Part shown: one piece after another, positions 50,019 through 60,057 of the stretch
Position numbering within the stretch: position 1 is the stretch's first letter
Layout of the letters: each line of letters opens with the position of its first letter
Assembly: GCA_963710685.1 (NCBI GenBank)
Contig: CAVQBH010000015.1
Span: 11,601 to 75,600, forward strand
DNA length: 64,000 bases
DNA from: an uncultured Methanomassiliicoccales archaeon
GTDB taxonomy: Archaea > Thermoplasmatota > Thermoplasmata > Methanomassiliicoccales > UBA472
Direction: 5' to 3'
Notes under the pieces: generated by a model
Databases searched by the model: none
Told to the model about the DNA's origin: nothing
The model's input: the letters and a program-made list of their open reading frames with translations, nothing else
Made by a program: the position numbers and the translations under genes

Positions 50019-50300
50019 ATGGTCAAGGCGGCCATCGTCGAAGAGCCTTTGGACGCGGTCCGTTGCGCCAACTGCGGGGCCGAGGCCAGGGACGACGACA
50101 GTTTCTGCGCCAAGTGCGGCAGGCCGATCGAACGGAAGCAGGAATGCCCCAAGTGCGGAGCCGAAATCTCCGATGAGGATGTCTTCTGCCGTAAATGCGG
50201 GACCGAAGTAAAGACGGCCTACCAGTGCCCCGAGTGCGGGGCAGCCGTCACGGACGAGGACCCGGTGTGCGTGAAGTGCGGAGCCAGGTTCGAAAAATAA
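50019..50300 (+). CDS. Triple zinc-ribbon protein
   Basis: There are three CxxC...CxxC units: CANCG..CAKCG, CPKCG..CRKCG, CPECG..CVKCG. Confidence 0.7.
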   Translation: MVKAAIVEEPLDAVRCANCGAEARDDDSFCAKCGRPIERKQECPKCGAEISDEDVFCRKCGTEVKTAYQCPECGAAVTDEDPVCVKCGARFEK

Positions 50301-50349
50301 CAATCAGAACATTTTTTATATCGACGGATTCATGCTCGAACGGTTCCTA

Positions 50350-51126
50350 ATGATACTGGTCAAGCTCGGGGGCAGCGTAATCACCGACAAGACCACCTAC
50401 GGGACGTTCCGTGATGGAACGGTCCGCCGGCTCGCCCGGGAAATGATGACCACCGACGAAGAGAAGATCGTCGTTCACGGCGCCGGTTCCTACGGCCATA
50501 TCTACGCCAAAGAGTATGACCTGCAGTCCGGGCTGAAGGAGAAACGCCAGGTCGAAGGCGTGGCCAGGGTCATGCACGACGTGAGGGAGCTGGACAACCT
50601 GGTCCTGGGGGCGTTCAATGATGAGGGCATGTGGTCCTCGGCCGTTCCGCCCGGATCCTCGGCCATCATGAAGAACGGCGCCCTGTCCAAAATGGACCTG
50701 TGGCCCTTCCAGCGCTTCCTCGATATCGGAATAACCCCGGTAACTTTCGGAGACGTCGCCATGGACGACGAGAAGGGGGTCAGCATCTGTTCCGGCGACC
50801 AGCTGATGATGATGCTGGCGGAACGGTTCCGTCCCAGAAAGGTCATCTTTTGCGCCGACGTCGACGGCCTGTTCACCGCCGACCCGAACTGTGATCCGGG
50901 TGCCACCCTGATCGAAGAGGTCGACCACCGCACGCTTTCCACCATTCCCCGCACCGAACGCTGCGTCGATGTCACGGGGAGCATCTACGCCAAGATCGAG
51001 TATATGCTCCAGATCGCCAGAAATGCGGGCGAATGCATGATCATCAACGGGAACTCCGAGGGCAGGCTGGCGGACGGCATCGCCGACCGCAGGGCGGTGT
51101 GTTCCCGTATCATCGGAGGCAATTGA
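50350..51126 (+). CDS. ipk: Isopentenyl phosphate kinase
   Basis: MILVKLGGSVITDK...VVHGAGSYGH is the amino-acid-kinase fold signature of archaeal IPK. It lies upstream of idi2 and the GGPP synthase. Confidence 0.9.
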   Translation: MILVKLGGSVITDKTTYGTFRDGTVRRLAREMMTTDEEKIVVHGAGSYGHIYAKEYDLQSGLKEKRQVEGVARVMHDVRELDNLVLGAFNDEGMWSSAVPPGSSAIMKNGALSKMDLWPFQRFLDIGITPVTFGDVAMDDEKGVSICSGDQLMMMLAERFRPRKVIFCADVDGLFTADPNCDPGATLIEEVDHRTLSTIPRTERCVDVTGSIYAKIEYMLQIARNAGECMIINGNSEGRLADGIADRRAVCSRIIGGN

Positions 51127-51127
51127 C

Positions 51128-52195
51128 TTGAAGCAGATCGAGAAGAGGAAATCGGACCACATCGAGATCGCCCTGGAGGAACAGGTCTCCAGCGGATACC
51201 GGTATTGGGACGATGTCAAGATGGGCCACTGCGCACTGCCAGAGGTGGACATGACCGAGATCGACACCTCCTGCAGATTGTTCGGCAAGAAGCTTGCCTT
51301 CCCGCTGATCGTCACCGCCATCACCGGGGGTTATTCCAAGGCGGAAAAGATCAACAGGAACCTGGCCGAGGCATGCCAGGAGCTCCAGATCGGCATGGGC
51401 GTGGGTTCGGAGAGGGCCGCGGTGGAGAACGGGGCCGATGCCTCCTACACCATCCTGAAGGATTACGACGTGCCCCTGATGATCGGTAACGTCGGGGCTC
51501 CCCAGCTCATCAAACAGGACCGCAAGAAGGCGTTCACCGTGGACCAGGTGAAACAGGCCATGGAGATCATCGACGCGGACGTCATGGCCATCCATCTCAA
51601 TTTCCTGCAGGAGGTGGCACAGCCGGAAGGGGACACCAACGCCAAGGGTTGTCTGGACGCCATCCGGAAAGTGGCGAGGGAGGTCCCCTCGATAGCCAAG
51701 GAGACCGGTGCGGGGATATCCCGCCAGGTGGCGATGAAACTGAAGGGGAGCGGCATCGTCGGCATGGACATCTCCGGGACCGGCGGCACAAGCTTCTCCT
51801 CCGTGGAGAGGTTCCGGGCGGAGAAGGCGGGAAACATCCGCTGCGCCGCCATCGGGAAGCTGTTCTCCGATTGGGGCATACCGGCACCCGCATCGGTGCT
51901 CGAGGCGAACGTGGGCCTGCCGATAATCGCCAGCGGCGGCCTGGAGGACGGCCTGCAGCTGGCAAAGGCCCTGGCGCTGGGCGCCAAGTGCGGAGGCATA
52001 GCCCGGGGCGTGCTTCGGGAGGCCACGATCTCATCGAAGGCGGTCGAGGAGAGGCTCGTATTGATCAGGGAGGAGCTGAGGGCCGCAATGTTCTTGACCG
52101 GCTCAGCCGATGTGGCGTCTCTGTCTTCCAAGGATTGCATCGTGACCGGCAAGACCGCCGAGTGGATCAGCCAGAAGGACGAGGAGGGATTGTGA
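51128..52195 (+). CDS. fni: Type 2 (FMN-dependent) isopentenyl-diphosphate delta-isomerase
   Basis: KSDHIEIALE..., AITGG, ISGTGGTSFSSVE, IASGGLEDG. The TTG start lies 1 nt after the ipk stop. Confidence 0.9.
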   Translation: MKQIEKRKSDHIEIALEEQVSSGYRYWDDVKMGHCALPEVDMTEIDTSCRLFGKKLAFPLIVTAITGGYSKAEKINRNLAEACQELQIGMGVGSERAAVENGADASYTILKDYDVPLMIGNVGAPQLIKQDRKKAFTVDQVKQAMEIIDADVMAIHLNFLQEVAQPEGDTNAKGCLDAIRKVAREVPSIAKETGAGISRQVAMKLKGSGIVGMDISGTGGTSFSSVERFRAEKAGNIRCAAIGKLFSDWGIPAPASVLEANVGLPIIASGGLEDGLQLAKALALGAKCGGIARGVLREATISSKAVEERLVLIREELRAAMFLTGSADVASLSSKDCIVTGKTAEWISQKDEEGL

Positions 52196-52196
52196 G

Positions 52197-53186
52197 ATGG
52201 AGTTCCCTAAGGAAATGATCACTATCGCTAAGAATGTGGACGAGAGCCTGATGGCCTATTTGGACGTCGGGAAGCATGAGAAACTTCGACAGGCCATGAA
52301 GCACTACCCGGAGGCTGGCGGCAAGCGGATGCGACCGGTCATGGCCATCCTGGTGGCCGAGGCGGTCGGGAAGAAGGGAAGCAAGGCCATGCCGTTCGGC
52401 TGCTCCCTGGAAATCATACACAATTTCACCCTGGTGCACGATGACGTCATCGACCAGGACCCGGTAAGACGAGGACGGCCTGCCGTGCACGTACTGTTCG
52501 ACGTGCCCACCGCGATCATCGCCGGCGACGCGCTGTTCGCCGTCGGGTACGAAGTACTGTCCGAGACCGATGTCGGTCTGGAGGACCTGCGCACCATTTT
52601 CCGCTCCGTTTCCGAGACCGTCTACCTGATCGCCGAAGGACAGCAGATGGACGTGGATTTCGAAGGCACCGTCACCGTCAAGATCGAAGAGTACGTGGAG
52701 ATGGTGGAGAAGAAGACCGCGGTGCTCTTTGCCTGCGCCGCGGAGGGCGGGGCGATAATCGGAGGCGGGACCAAGAAACAGGTCGCCGACATGAAGGAGT
52801 ACGCCCGCCTGATGGGCATAGGGTTCCAGATGTGGGACGACGTGCTGGGCATAAAGGGCGACACCAACAAGACGGGCAAACCGGTCGGCTCCGACATCAG
52901 GAACGGCAAACGCACCCTGATCATCGTTCACGCGATGGAGCACCTGAAGGAAGGGTCAAAGGAGAAGAAGACCCTGCTGGCCGCATTGGGCAAAGAACAG
53001 GCGACGGACGTTCAGGTCAAGGATGCGATCGAGGTCCTGGAAAAGATAGGTTCGATCGAGTACGTCCAGAGCGAGGCGCTTCGCTACGCCTCAGAGGCGA
53101 AGATGAAGCTCGATTGCCTCAAGCCCAGCCGGGAGAAGGACGTGCTCGTGGCATTCGTGGACTTCGCGGTGGGACGCGAGGCCTGA
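52197..53186 (+). CDS. idsA: Polyprenyl (geranylgeranyl) diphosphate synthase
   Basis: First and second Asp-rich motifs LVHDDVIDQD and FQMWDDVLG. Confidence 0.9.
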   Translation: MEFPKEMITIAKNVDESLMAYLDVGKHEKLRQAMKHYPEAGGKRMRPVMAILVAEAVGKKGSKAMPFGCSLEIIHNFTLVHDDVIDQDPVRRGRPAVHVLFDVPTAIIAGDALFAVGYEVLSETDVGLEDLRTIFRSVSETVYLIAEGQQMDVDFEGTVTVKIEEYVEMVEKKTAVLFACAAEGGAIIGGGTKKQVADMKEYARLMGIGFQMWDDVLGIKGDTNKTGKPVGSDIRNGKRTLIIVHAMEHLKEGSKEKKTLLAALGKEQATDVQVKDAIEVLEKIGSIEYVQSEALRYASEAKMKLDCLKPSREKDVLVAFVDFAVGREA

Positions 53187-53221
53187 AACACCTTTCAATT
53201 CTCATAATTCTTGGCGAATCG

Positions 53222-53890
53222 TCAACAGGTGATCCCCCAATCGACCAAGGCGAACTCGCCTGACCTGCCTTCCGCCAGATGCCTGTGCTTCATGATGACC
53301 GCCCGTCGGCGTCCGGTGCCCACCCGCTCCAGCTTGATGATGGTCTTCGAGTTGTGCATTAGGACGTTGCCCCCCAGGGCCTCGGGGGTGCCCTTGTCGA
53401 TGTCGGTGTACACCTGCGACGTCACCAGGACTGGCAGACCCTTCGTGCGCGCCAGGGTTAGCAGGCGCGCGCTCATGCCGGCGATGGAACGCCTCTCGCT
53501 GCGCTCCTCCTCCCTGGATGTGAGCCGGTAGTACATGGTCATGGAATCGATGACTATCAGCCCGAAGTCCGGATTGCCCTCGGCCAATTTGATGGCCTTG
53601 TCCACCATGGTCTCCTGTTCGGTGAACGAGTGGACCTCGGAGAAGAGCACGTTCCTGGTCACCTCCCCGTAATCCTTCCCGGATATCTGGCGCAACCTCT
53701 CCACCGACACCCCCTCCGAGTCAACGTAGATGACTTTCTTTCCCGACCGGGCGACGTTCCGGGCCAGCACCAGGCATAGGTTGGTCTTCCCGGTGCCGGC
53801 CTCGCCATAAAGCAGGGTGATGCAGCTGGTCTCGATGCCCCCTCCGAGCATCGCGTCGAGGGCCCCGCATTCGGTCGGGATATAATCCAC
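53222..53890 (-). CDS. radB: DNA repair and recombination protein RadB
   Basis: IPTECGALDAMLGGGIETSCITLLYGEAGTGKT (Walker A), LIVIDSM (Walker B). A GTG start at 53890 gives the usual length of about 222 aa. The ORF-track extension to 54139 has no family sense. Confidence 0.85.
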   Translation of the reverse strand: MDYIPTECGALDAMLGGGIETSCITLLYGEAGTGKTNLCLVLARNVARSGKKVIYVDSEGVSVERLRQISGKDYGEVTRNVLFSEVHSFTEQETMVDKAIKLAEGNPDFGLIVIDSMTMYYRLTSREEERSERRSIAGMSARLLTLARTKGLPVLVTSQVYTDIDKGTPEALGGNVLMHNSKTIIKLERVGTGRRRAVIMKHRHLAEGRSGEFALVDWGITC

Positions 53891-54107
53891 GGGGTGGGAA
53901 CATACTCTCAACGTTAAAGTCTTTCCAGAATTCCCGATGGAGGGAACTGGACATGATTCAGTCCGGAACGCAGACCGGTTACCGCGATGATCGGTTGCTG
54001 CGGAGCGATGACATCGTCCCGCCGACCATGCACGGTGCGGCCCGAAGCATTTGAGTAGGCTGACTCTAGCAGGCGGATATGCATTCTCCCGGAACGTTCG
54101 AATCATC

Positions 54108-55997
54108 ATGACCGAAACGAAGTGCCAAGAGAGCGGCACCCTGGAAAGCCCGGCGGATCTATTCCCTTACGAGAACATCAGGGAAGGCCAGCGCCAATTC
54201 CTGGAGGACGCCCGATCGTGCATGAAGAACAAGATCAACCTCCTGGCCCATGCCCCAACCGGTCTGGGCAAGACAGCGGTGGCGCTGACGGCCGCTTTGG
54301 AGACGTCGTTGGCGAACGACGGCTTCGTCTTCTTCCTCACCTCGCGCCAGTCCCAGCACGCCGCCGCGATCGAGACCCTCCGGCATATCTGGAAGAAGCG
54401 CCGGGTCAAGGCGGTGGACGTCATTTCCAGGGAGGATACCTGCCTATGCCGGAAGAAAGGCGGCGGGGTGCCCTGCGTCTCCTCCGGAGACTGCTACTTC
54501 TTGGACGAGGCGCGCATAAACGAGGCCGCGGGCAAACTGCTGGAGTATCCCCTTCACGTGCAGGAGGTGATAAGGATGTGCATCCGGGTCGGTGCCTGTC
54601 CCCATCACGCGGCGATGAAGGCGCTGGCCTCAGCGGACATCGCTGTGTGCGACTACAACCAGGTGTTCGGTGACGTTGACACTTCGTTGCTCGACCGCAC
54701 CGACAGGACGCCGGAAGAGATGATCGTCGTCGTCGACGAGGGGCACAACCTGCCCGCCCGCATCATGGAGAACCACAGCCACGTCCTTACCCGGGAGATG
54801 CTGAGGAGGGCCAGCAACGGCACCGGAAACCGCCGGTTCCGTTCCATCTTCGAATCGCTGGAACAGAGGCTGGACGACGTGGCATCGCTGGCGGCGGACC
54901 CTTACCTGGAGACGTCGGTGTTGGACGAGACCCTGCTGTCGGAATTCTCCGTCGACTGCGCCCAGATCGCCGACGAGATGGACCGGTACTTCATTGGCCG
55001 CAGCCGCCACCCGGTGGAGGAACTGATCGATTTCTTGGCCAACTGGCATTCCTTCGGGGACTCGACGGTCCGGTACGCGGAACGGCATCCGGCCAGGATC
55101 GTCACCCGGTTCATCGAGCCCTCCCTGGTGTCCTGCACCGTGTTCGACCGGGTGCGCTGTTCCCTCATCATGTCCGGGACCCTGCATCCGCCCGAGATGT
55201 TCGCGGACGTGCTCGGACTGTCGGACCGCTGCGCCTGCCGCCGCTATCCTTCCCCATTTCCGGCAGGAAACCGCCTGGTGCTCGGCGTCGAGGGTGTGTC
55301 CTCGAAGTACGATCTGCGCACCGACGACATGTTCCAGACCATGGCCAACAAGATAGTCGAGACCTGCCGGATGACCCCGGGCAACGTGGCCGCTTTCTTC
55401 CCTTCGTACGATTTCATGCAGCGGGTCGAACCGTTCATCCGGGAATCGAACATCGAAAAAAGGATACTCCTTGAGCGCCGGGAGTTCGGGAAGAACGAGA
55501 AGGAGGCCATGATATCCGATCTGAGGAGGGACCGGAACGCCCTCCTCATGGCGACCATCGGCGGTTCCTTCGCGGAAGGGGTGAACTTCAGCGACAATCT
55601 CCTGTCTTCCATCGTGGTGGCCGGGTTCCCCTTTTCACCCCCCACCATGGAGGGGGAGGTGATGAAGGCCCGCTACGAGAAGAGATACGGGGCGAGGAAG
55701 GCGATCATGTATGTCTCGACCTACCCGGCGATCTCACGCGTCCTGCAGGCCGCCGGAAGGGCCATCCGGAGCGAGTTCGACCGCGCGGCAGTGGTGCTGC
55801 TGGACGAGAGATACCTCATGCCTTCTATGCAGGCCGCCTTCCCGGACGATTTCCGGATCGAAAAGGTCGGGGACCTGGGCACGACGCTCTCCCTGTTCCA
55901 TGCCCACGGGAACGTCACGGACCAGGACGGCCCGTCACTGTCCGCCAGGGTGCAGGAGGCGGCGAAGCCGGTCGGGGCGGGTGGCGCCGGACCCTGA
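54108..55997 (+). CDS. xpd: XPD/Rad3-family 5'-3' DNA helicase with a 4Fe-4S cluster domain
   Basis: AHAPTGLGKT, a four-Cys cluster region (CLC..C..C...C), VVVDEGHNL, SGTL, and a C-terminal QAAGRAIRS. Confidence 0.9.
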   Translation: MTETKCQESGTLESPADLFPYENIREGQRQFLEDARSCMKNKINLLAHAPTGLGKTAVALTAALETSLANDGFVFFLTSRQSQHAAAIETLRHIWKKRRVKAVDVISREDTCLCRKKGGGVPCVSSGDCYFLDEARINEAAGKLLEYPLHVQEVIRMCIRVGACPHHAAMKALASADIAVCDYNQVFGDVDTSLLDRTDRTPEEMIVVVDEGHNLPARIMENHSHVLTREMLRRASNGTGNRRFRSIFESLEQRLDDVASLAADPYLETSVLDETLLSEFSVDCAQIADEMDRYFIGRSRHPVEELIDFLANWHSFGDSTVRYAERHPARIVTRFIEPSLVSCTVFDRVRCSLIMSGTLHPPEMFADVLGLSDRCACRRYPSPFPAGNRLVLGVEGVSSKYDLRTDDMFQTMANKIVETCRMTPGNVAAFFPSYDFMQRVEPFIRESNIEKRILLERREFGKNEKEAMISDLRRDRNALLMATIGGSFAEGVNFSDNLLSSIVVAGFPFSPPTMEGEVMKARYEKRYGARKAIMYVSTYPAISRVLQAAGRAIRSEFDRAAVVLLDERYLMPSMQAAFPDDFRIEKVGDLGTTLSLFHAHGNVTDQDGPSLSARVQEAAKPVGAGGAGP

Positions 55998-56079
55998 AGG
56001 ACCGGACGTATCGCCCCTGCCCATCAGCAGGCCGCCCCCATGGAAAAGGTTATTATTCCGAGGGCTTGTTTTCACGCCC

Positions 56080-56694
56080 GTGGAAGTCATCAGACGGGGA
56101 GCGGAGGCCGAGATCGGCCGTGACGTTTGGATGGGGAGGAAGGTCATAATCAAGAGCCGGGTGGCCAAAGGCTACCGCCATCCGGAGCTCGACGCATCCC
56201 TCCGAGTCTCCCGCACTAAGAACGAGGCACGACTGATCCAGGATGCCAGAAGACACGGGGTCCCCACACCGATCATCTATGACATTGACCTGAAGAATGG
56301 GAAGATAGTCATGGAGGAGATCGAGGGAGAAAGGGTCAAGGACATCCTCGACACGACCGACGAGGAGAACTGTCGTGCGGTGTGCAAGGAGATCGGCAGG
56401 CTGGTGGCATTGCTCCACAAAGCCTCCATCACCCATGGGGACCTGACCACCTCGAACATGATCATCCGCGACGGCAAGATCTGGTTCATCGACCTTTCGT
56501 TGGGCTCCCGCAACGCCATGATCGAAGAGATGGGGGTCGACCTCCATCTTCTCAAGGAAGCATTCCAATCGGCCCATTCCAAGATACTGCCGATGTACGA
56601 TGTCATCCTCGCCTCCTACCGTTCCAACTTCGAACGGGGGAACGAGGTTCTTAAGAAGATCAAGGAAATCGAGGACCGGGGTAGGTACACATGA
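56080..56694 (+). CDS. bud32: KEOPS-complex kinase Bud32 (Kae1-associated kinase)
   Basis: IRRGAEAEI..., KSRVAKGYRHPELDASLRVSRTKNEARL, HGDLTTSNMI, FIDLSLG. A GTG start is proposed, and the upstream part of ORF 55711.. overlaps xpd out of frame. Confidence 0.85.
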   Translation: MEVIRRGAEAEIGRDVWMGRKVIIKSRVAKGYRHPELDASLRVSRTKNEARLIQDARRHGVPTPIIYDIDLKNGKIVMEEIEGERVKDILDTTDEENCRAVCKEIGRLVALLHKASITHGDLTTSNMIIRDGKIWFIDLSLGSRNAMIEEMGVDLHLLKEAFQSAHSKILPMYDVILASYRSNFERGNEVLKKIKEIEDRGRYT

Positions 56695-57263
56695 AAGATA
56701 TCGCTATCGTAACGTCTAACAAAGGAAAAATGGAGGAATTCAGGGCGGGGTTGGAACCTTTGGGGTTCAAAGTGTCCCAGCTCAATGTGGATTGCGATGA
56801 GATCCAGACGGACACCTTGGAGGACGTGGTAAAGAGCTGTGTGGCCCAGGTCGAGCTGATGGGGCACAACAACTTCATACTTGACGATTCGGGGCTGTTC
56901 CTCCATGACTACGATGGATTCCCCGGTGTGTACTCCGCCTATGCCTTCAAGACCCTCGGATGCAAGGGCATCCTCAAGCTTCTGGACCGGGAACCCGAGA
57001 GGAGCGCACACTTCGAGTGCGTGATCGGCTGCTGCATCCAGGATGTGGGCCGCATCTTCGTCAAGGGCTCCTGTCCAGGGTGGATCGACTATAATGAAAG
57101 GGGCAAGGCCGGCTTCGGTTTCGACCCGGTCTTCGTCCCGGATGGATCGAGCAAGACCTTTGCCGAGATGGAGATGGCAGAGAAGAACAAGGTCTCCCAC
57201 AGGGGGATCGCCATGAGGCAACTGGTCGAGCAGCTCAGATGGAGAATGGGGGATAAACAATGA
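56691..57263 (+). CDS. rdgB: Non-canonical purine NTP pyrophosphatase (RdgB/HAM1 family)
   Basis: IAIVTSNKGKMEEF..., FGFDPVFVP, SHRGIAM. ATGA start/stop overlap with bud32. Confidence 0.9.
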   Translation: MKDIAIVTSNKGKMEEFRAGLEPLGFKVSQLNVDCDEIQTDTLEDVVKSCVAQVELMGHNNFILDDSGLFLHDYDGFPGVYSAYAFKTLGCKGILKLLDREPERSAHFECVIGCCIQDVGRIFVKGSCPGWIDYNERGKAGFGFDPVFVPDGSSKTFAEMEMAEKNKVSHRGIAMRQLVEQLRWRMGDKQ

Positions 57264-58228
57264 AACTGAACGGTCGAAAGGCCTTCGTCACCGGCTGCGC
57301 CGGATTCATAGGCAGCCACATGGTGGACGCCCTTCTGCGAAATGACAATGAGGTGGTCGGCATCGACAACCTGTCCGCCGGAAAGATGGCGTTCCTGACC
57401 GAGGCGCAGCGATCGAAACGATTCAAGTTCATCCAGCTGGACCTGCTCAAGGATGAGATCGCTCCAGCCATGGAAGGATGTGACGTGGTATTCCATTTTG
57501 CCGCCAACCCGGACGTCCGGCAGGGTCCCTCTAACACCCGGACCCATTTCGATCAGAACATCGAGGTGACGTTCCGGGTGCTGGAGGCCATGAAGGACCT
57601 CAAGGTCAAGAACATAGCCTTCCCCTCCACCTCGACCATCTACGGAGAGGCCAGCCAGATCCCGACCAGGGAGGACTACGGTCCGCTGGTGCCCATAAGC
57701 ATCTACGGGGCTTCGAAGCTGGCGTGCGAGGCGATGATCTCATCCTACGCTTACACGTTCGACATGGAGGCGATCATTTATCGTTTTGCCAACGTGGTCG
57801 GATCGAGGAGCACGCACAACGTCATCCATGATTTCATCCACAAGCTGGAAAAGGACAGGAGCCAGCTCGAGATCCTGGGAGCCGAGCCAGGCACGAACAA
57901 GTCCTACGTTCACGTCTCCGATTGCGTGGAAGGAATGCTGATGGGGGCGGAGAGGGCGGCTTCAAAGGTCGAGATGTACAACATCGGCTCGGAGGACACC
58001 CTGGACGTGAAGGGCATAGCCGACATGGTGGTCAACGGAATGAAGCTGGAGAACGTCCGATATGACTGGACCGGCGGGGTACAGGGCGGCCGGGGCTGGA
58101 TCGGGGACGTGAAGTTGATGCGTCTGGACGTGGAGCACCTGAGGTCCAAGGGCTGGTCGCCCAGGTACAACTCGGCTCAGGCCATCACGAAAGCGGTGCA
58201 GGAGATCCTGGCATCGAAACATCCTTAG
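57260..58228 (+). CDS. NAD-dependent epimerase/dehydratase (UDP-glucose 4-epimerase-like SDR)
   Basis: VTGCAGFIGSHMV (Rossmann GxxGxxG) and YGASK (catalytic YxxxK). Confidence 0.9.
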   Translation: MKLNGRKAFVTGCAGFIGSHMVDALLRNDNEVVGIDNLSAGKMAFLTEAQRSKRFKFIQLDLLKDEIAPAMEGCDVVFHFAANPDVRQGPSNTRTHFDQNIEVTFRVLEAMKDLKVKNIAFPSTSTIYGEASQIPTREDYGPLVPISIYGASKLACEAMISSYAYTFDMEAIIYRFANVVGSRSTHNVIHDFIHKLEKDRSQLEILGAEPGTNKSYVHVSDCVEGMLMGAERAASKVEMYNIGSEDTLDVKGIADMVVNGMKLENVRYDWTGGVQGGRGWIGDVKLMRLDVEHLRSKGWSPRYNSAQAITKAVQEILASKHP

Positions 58229-58238
58229 ACATCCCGGT

Positions 58239-59393
58239 CTAGAACGGGATTAAGCTGGTTCCCTCGGTCGAGCCGGTGGCGTCCACTTCGACCACCCACG
58301 GGGAGGATTCGAACGACCATTTATGCGAGGGGTCGTCGAGGACCGGACCGGTAAGGGTCGCCAGCCCGCCAGCGTACGGGAAGCCGGTGGTGTCCACCAC
58401 CATCCAGTTGCCGGTAGAATCGGACAGGAAATAGATCGGGACCTGGGTGTGGTAGTGAGAGGATATTGCCTCCCTCAGGTCGGACAGCGACGTCCCGTTC
58501 CCTCCCACGAACACGGTGGAGAATGCATGTCCGTCGATGATGTTGACCCGCGCGTTCCCGCCCATCTGGTCGATGATCGATGCCATCAGGATCGCCTGGT
58601 CCTCGCAGTCCCCGGTACGCCAGGCCATGGTTTCAGTGGATGATTGCCAGTAGTCCTGGGGGTCGTCCGCGTAGGCGATATGATCTCTCACCCAGTCGAA
58701 AGCATCTGCCACCGCCTGGATGCTGTAGACGTTCGAATTGTTGGCCAGGATGTTGGACGCCAACCGCGCGGTCGCCTCCAGATTGATCCGGGTATTGACC
58801 TTGGAATAGTACGTCGCCGTGTTCTTGGTGGTGGTGAAGCTCTGGAAGCTGAGGGGCGTTTTGAGGTCGGCATACTTGTATCCGGTCGTTCCGTAAGGTC
58901 CGATGTCCTTCCACTCCGTTCCGTTCACGGCATTCTGGACCTCGGCCTCCACCATGATGGTGTAGTATCTCGACGTGACATTGGCGGGGGCCTGGAAGAA
59001 TAGGTATCCGAGATCCCGCAGCTCACCCGGGGGGATGAGGACCGAGCAGTTTCGCCAGGTCTGCACCGACGAGTCCTCCCATACGACCCCGAATCCGTAC
59101 ATGTAGACCGTCGTGGGATCTTTGTTGGTCACCGAGATGTTCACGACCCCCCCATAGCCGGCGTAGATCGGCGTCATGGTCCAGCTCATCTTCAGTTCCA
59201 GGCTGGGGGCGGAGGTGGACAGGTCATGGTTGACGCGCTCCACCGGGTAATCGAAAGCCAGCGACGGAGCGTGCAACGAGCTGATTGCGAAGCCGGGACT
59301 TGTCCGTGAATTGATGAACATGATGAAAGATCCCGCCATCACCAAGGCAACGATTGCCCCCACGGTGATCGCAAGGATGACCAGCCGGCGCAT
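58239..59393 (-). CDS. Membrane-anchored transglutaminase-like protein
   Basis: N-terminal TM helix and a transglutaminase core (RTGDCEDQAILMASII...DGHAF). Confidence 0.75.
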   Translation of the reverse strand: MRRLVILAITVGAIVALVMAGSFIMFINSRTSPGFAISSLHAPSLAFDYPVERVNHDLSTSAPSLELKMSWTMTPIYAGYGGVVNISVTNKDPTTVYMYGFGVVWEDSSVQTWRNCSVLIPPGELRDLGYLFFQAPANVTSRYYTIMVEAEVQNAVNGTEWKDIGPYGTTGYKYADLKTPLSFQSFTTTKNTATYYSKVNTRINLEATARLASNILANNSNVYSIQAVADAFDWVRDHIAYADDPQDYWQSSTETMAWRTGDCEDQAILMASIIDQMGGNARVNIIDGHAFSTVFVGGNGTSLSDLREAISSHYHTQVPIYFLSDSTGNWMVVDTTGFPYAGGLATLTGPVLDDPSHKWSFESSPWVVEVDATGSTEGTSLIPF

Positions 59394-59510
59394 GCAGGAC
59401 CGACGACCAGGCGGCTATATTATTCTTTCATTTTGCTTAACGAGGGCCGGCGAATAAAGGAAGCGCATCAGCAACCTTTATTGATTAGATGTGCGTTTAG
59501 CGCCCTACAA

Positions 59511-59588
59511 GGGTCTGTGGGGTAGTTTGGTCCATCCTTCTGGCTTTGGGAGCCTGAGACCCCGATTCAAATTCGGGCAGACCCACCA
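59511..59588 (+). tRNA. tRNA-Pro (anticodon TGG), CCA encoded
   Basis: Acceptor GGGTCTG/CAGACCC, anticodon loop TTTGGGA, T arm CCCGA-TTCAAAT-TCGGG, discriminator A followed by a genomic CCA. The architecture parallels archaeal tRNA-Pro(UGG). Confidence 0.9.
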
Positions 59589-59681
59589 TTCTTTCTAATC
59601 CAGTCATATATATTCCTCCCATGAACTAAAATGTTTATCCTATCTGGATATCTTCGCAAGAGACTGAATTTGGTATGCTGG

Positions 59682-60057
59682 CTAGCTTCTCTTGCGAAAA
59701 CAGGTATTCACCTCGTCTTTGGCCGTTTCGCTCTTGATCTGTGCGTACGAGCGATGTGTCGTGTCCGGCCCTGAATGCCTAAGCTGTTTGGTTGCTATCT
59801 CGATCGGTTCTTGTTGTGGTCCTTGGTCCGGAACATCGGATGTGATGGTCGGTTCGAAAATAGGCGCCTCTAGCTTGAACGCTCCGTCATGGGCGTGTAG
59901 TCATCTGAATCACTTTCCAATGCTTGTGGAGATCGACCAGGTATTGTTGCAAATATCTTTGATCGGCGGCGATCTGGAGCCCCGAAAACTTCCTTTTTAT
60001 TTTGTAAATCAGGCCAGTAGCTATAGGTTCCTTTTTTTCCATTGGTCCCATGCTCAT
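59682..60057 (-). pseudogene. Decayed tyrosine-recombinase (integrase) remnant
   Basis: The minus-strand frame reads ..EPIEIATKQLRHSGPDTTHRSYAQIKSE..* , an integrase C-terminal LGHS..TT..Y pattern with the catalytic-Tyr context. Upstream pieces are in other frames, interrupted by stops, and no HxxR box is seen. Confidence 0.45.

Noticed and set aside
53891-54139. N-terminal 83-aa extension of the RadB ORF (ORF track 53222..54139).
   Set aside because: The extension (MPLSWHFVSVMMIRTFRENAYPPARV..) has no RadA/RadB similarity, would overlap the xpd start region, and would make the protein about 80 aa longer than RadB normally is. A GTG at 53890 gives the canonical length.
55711-56079. Long N-terminal extension of the Bud32 ORF (ORF track 55711..56694).
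   Set aside because: The extension overlaps the 3' end of xpd out of frame and is an Arg/Pro/Ser-rich shadow. The kinase fold starts at ..VIRRGAEAEI.., so the GTG at 56080 is preferred. An alternative ATG at 56039 is in another frame.
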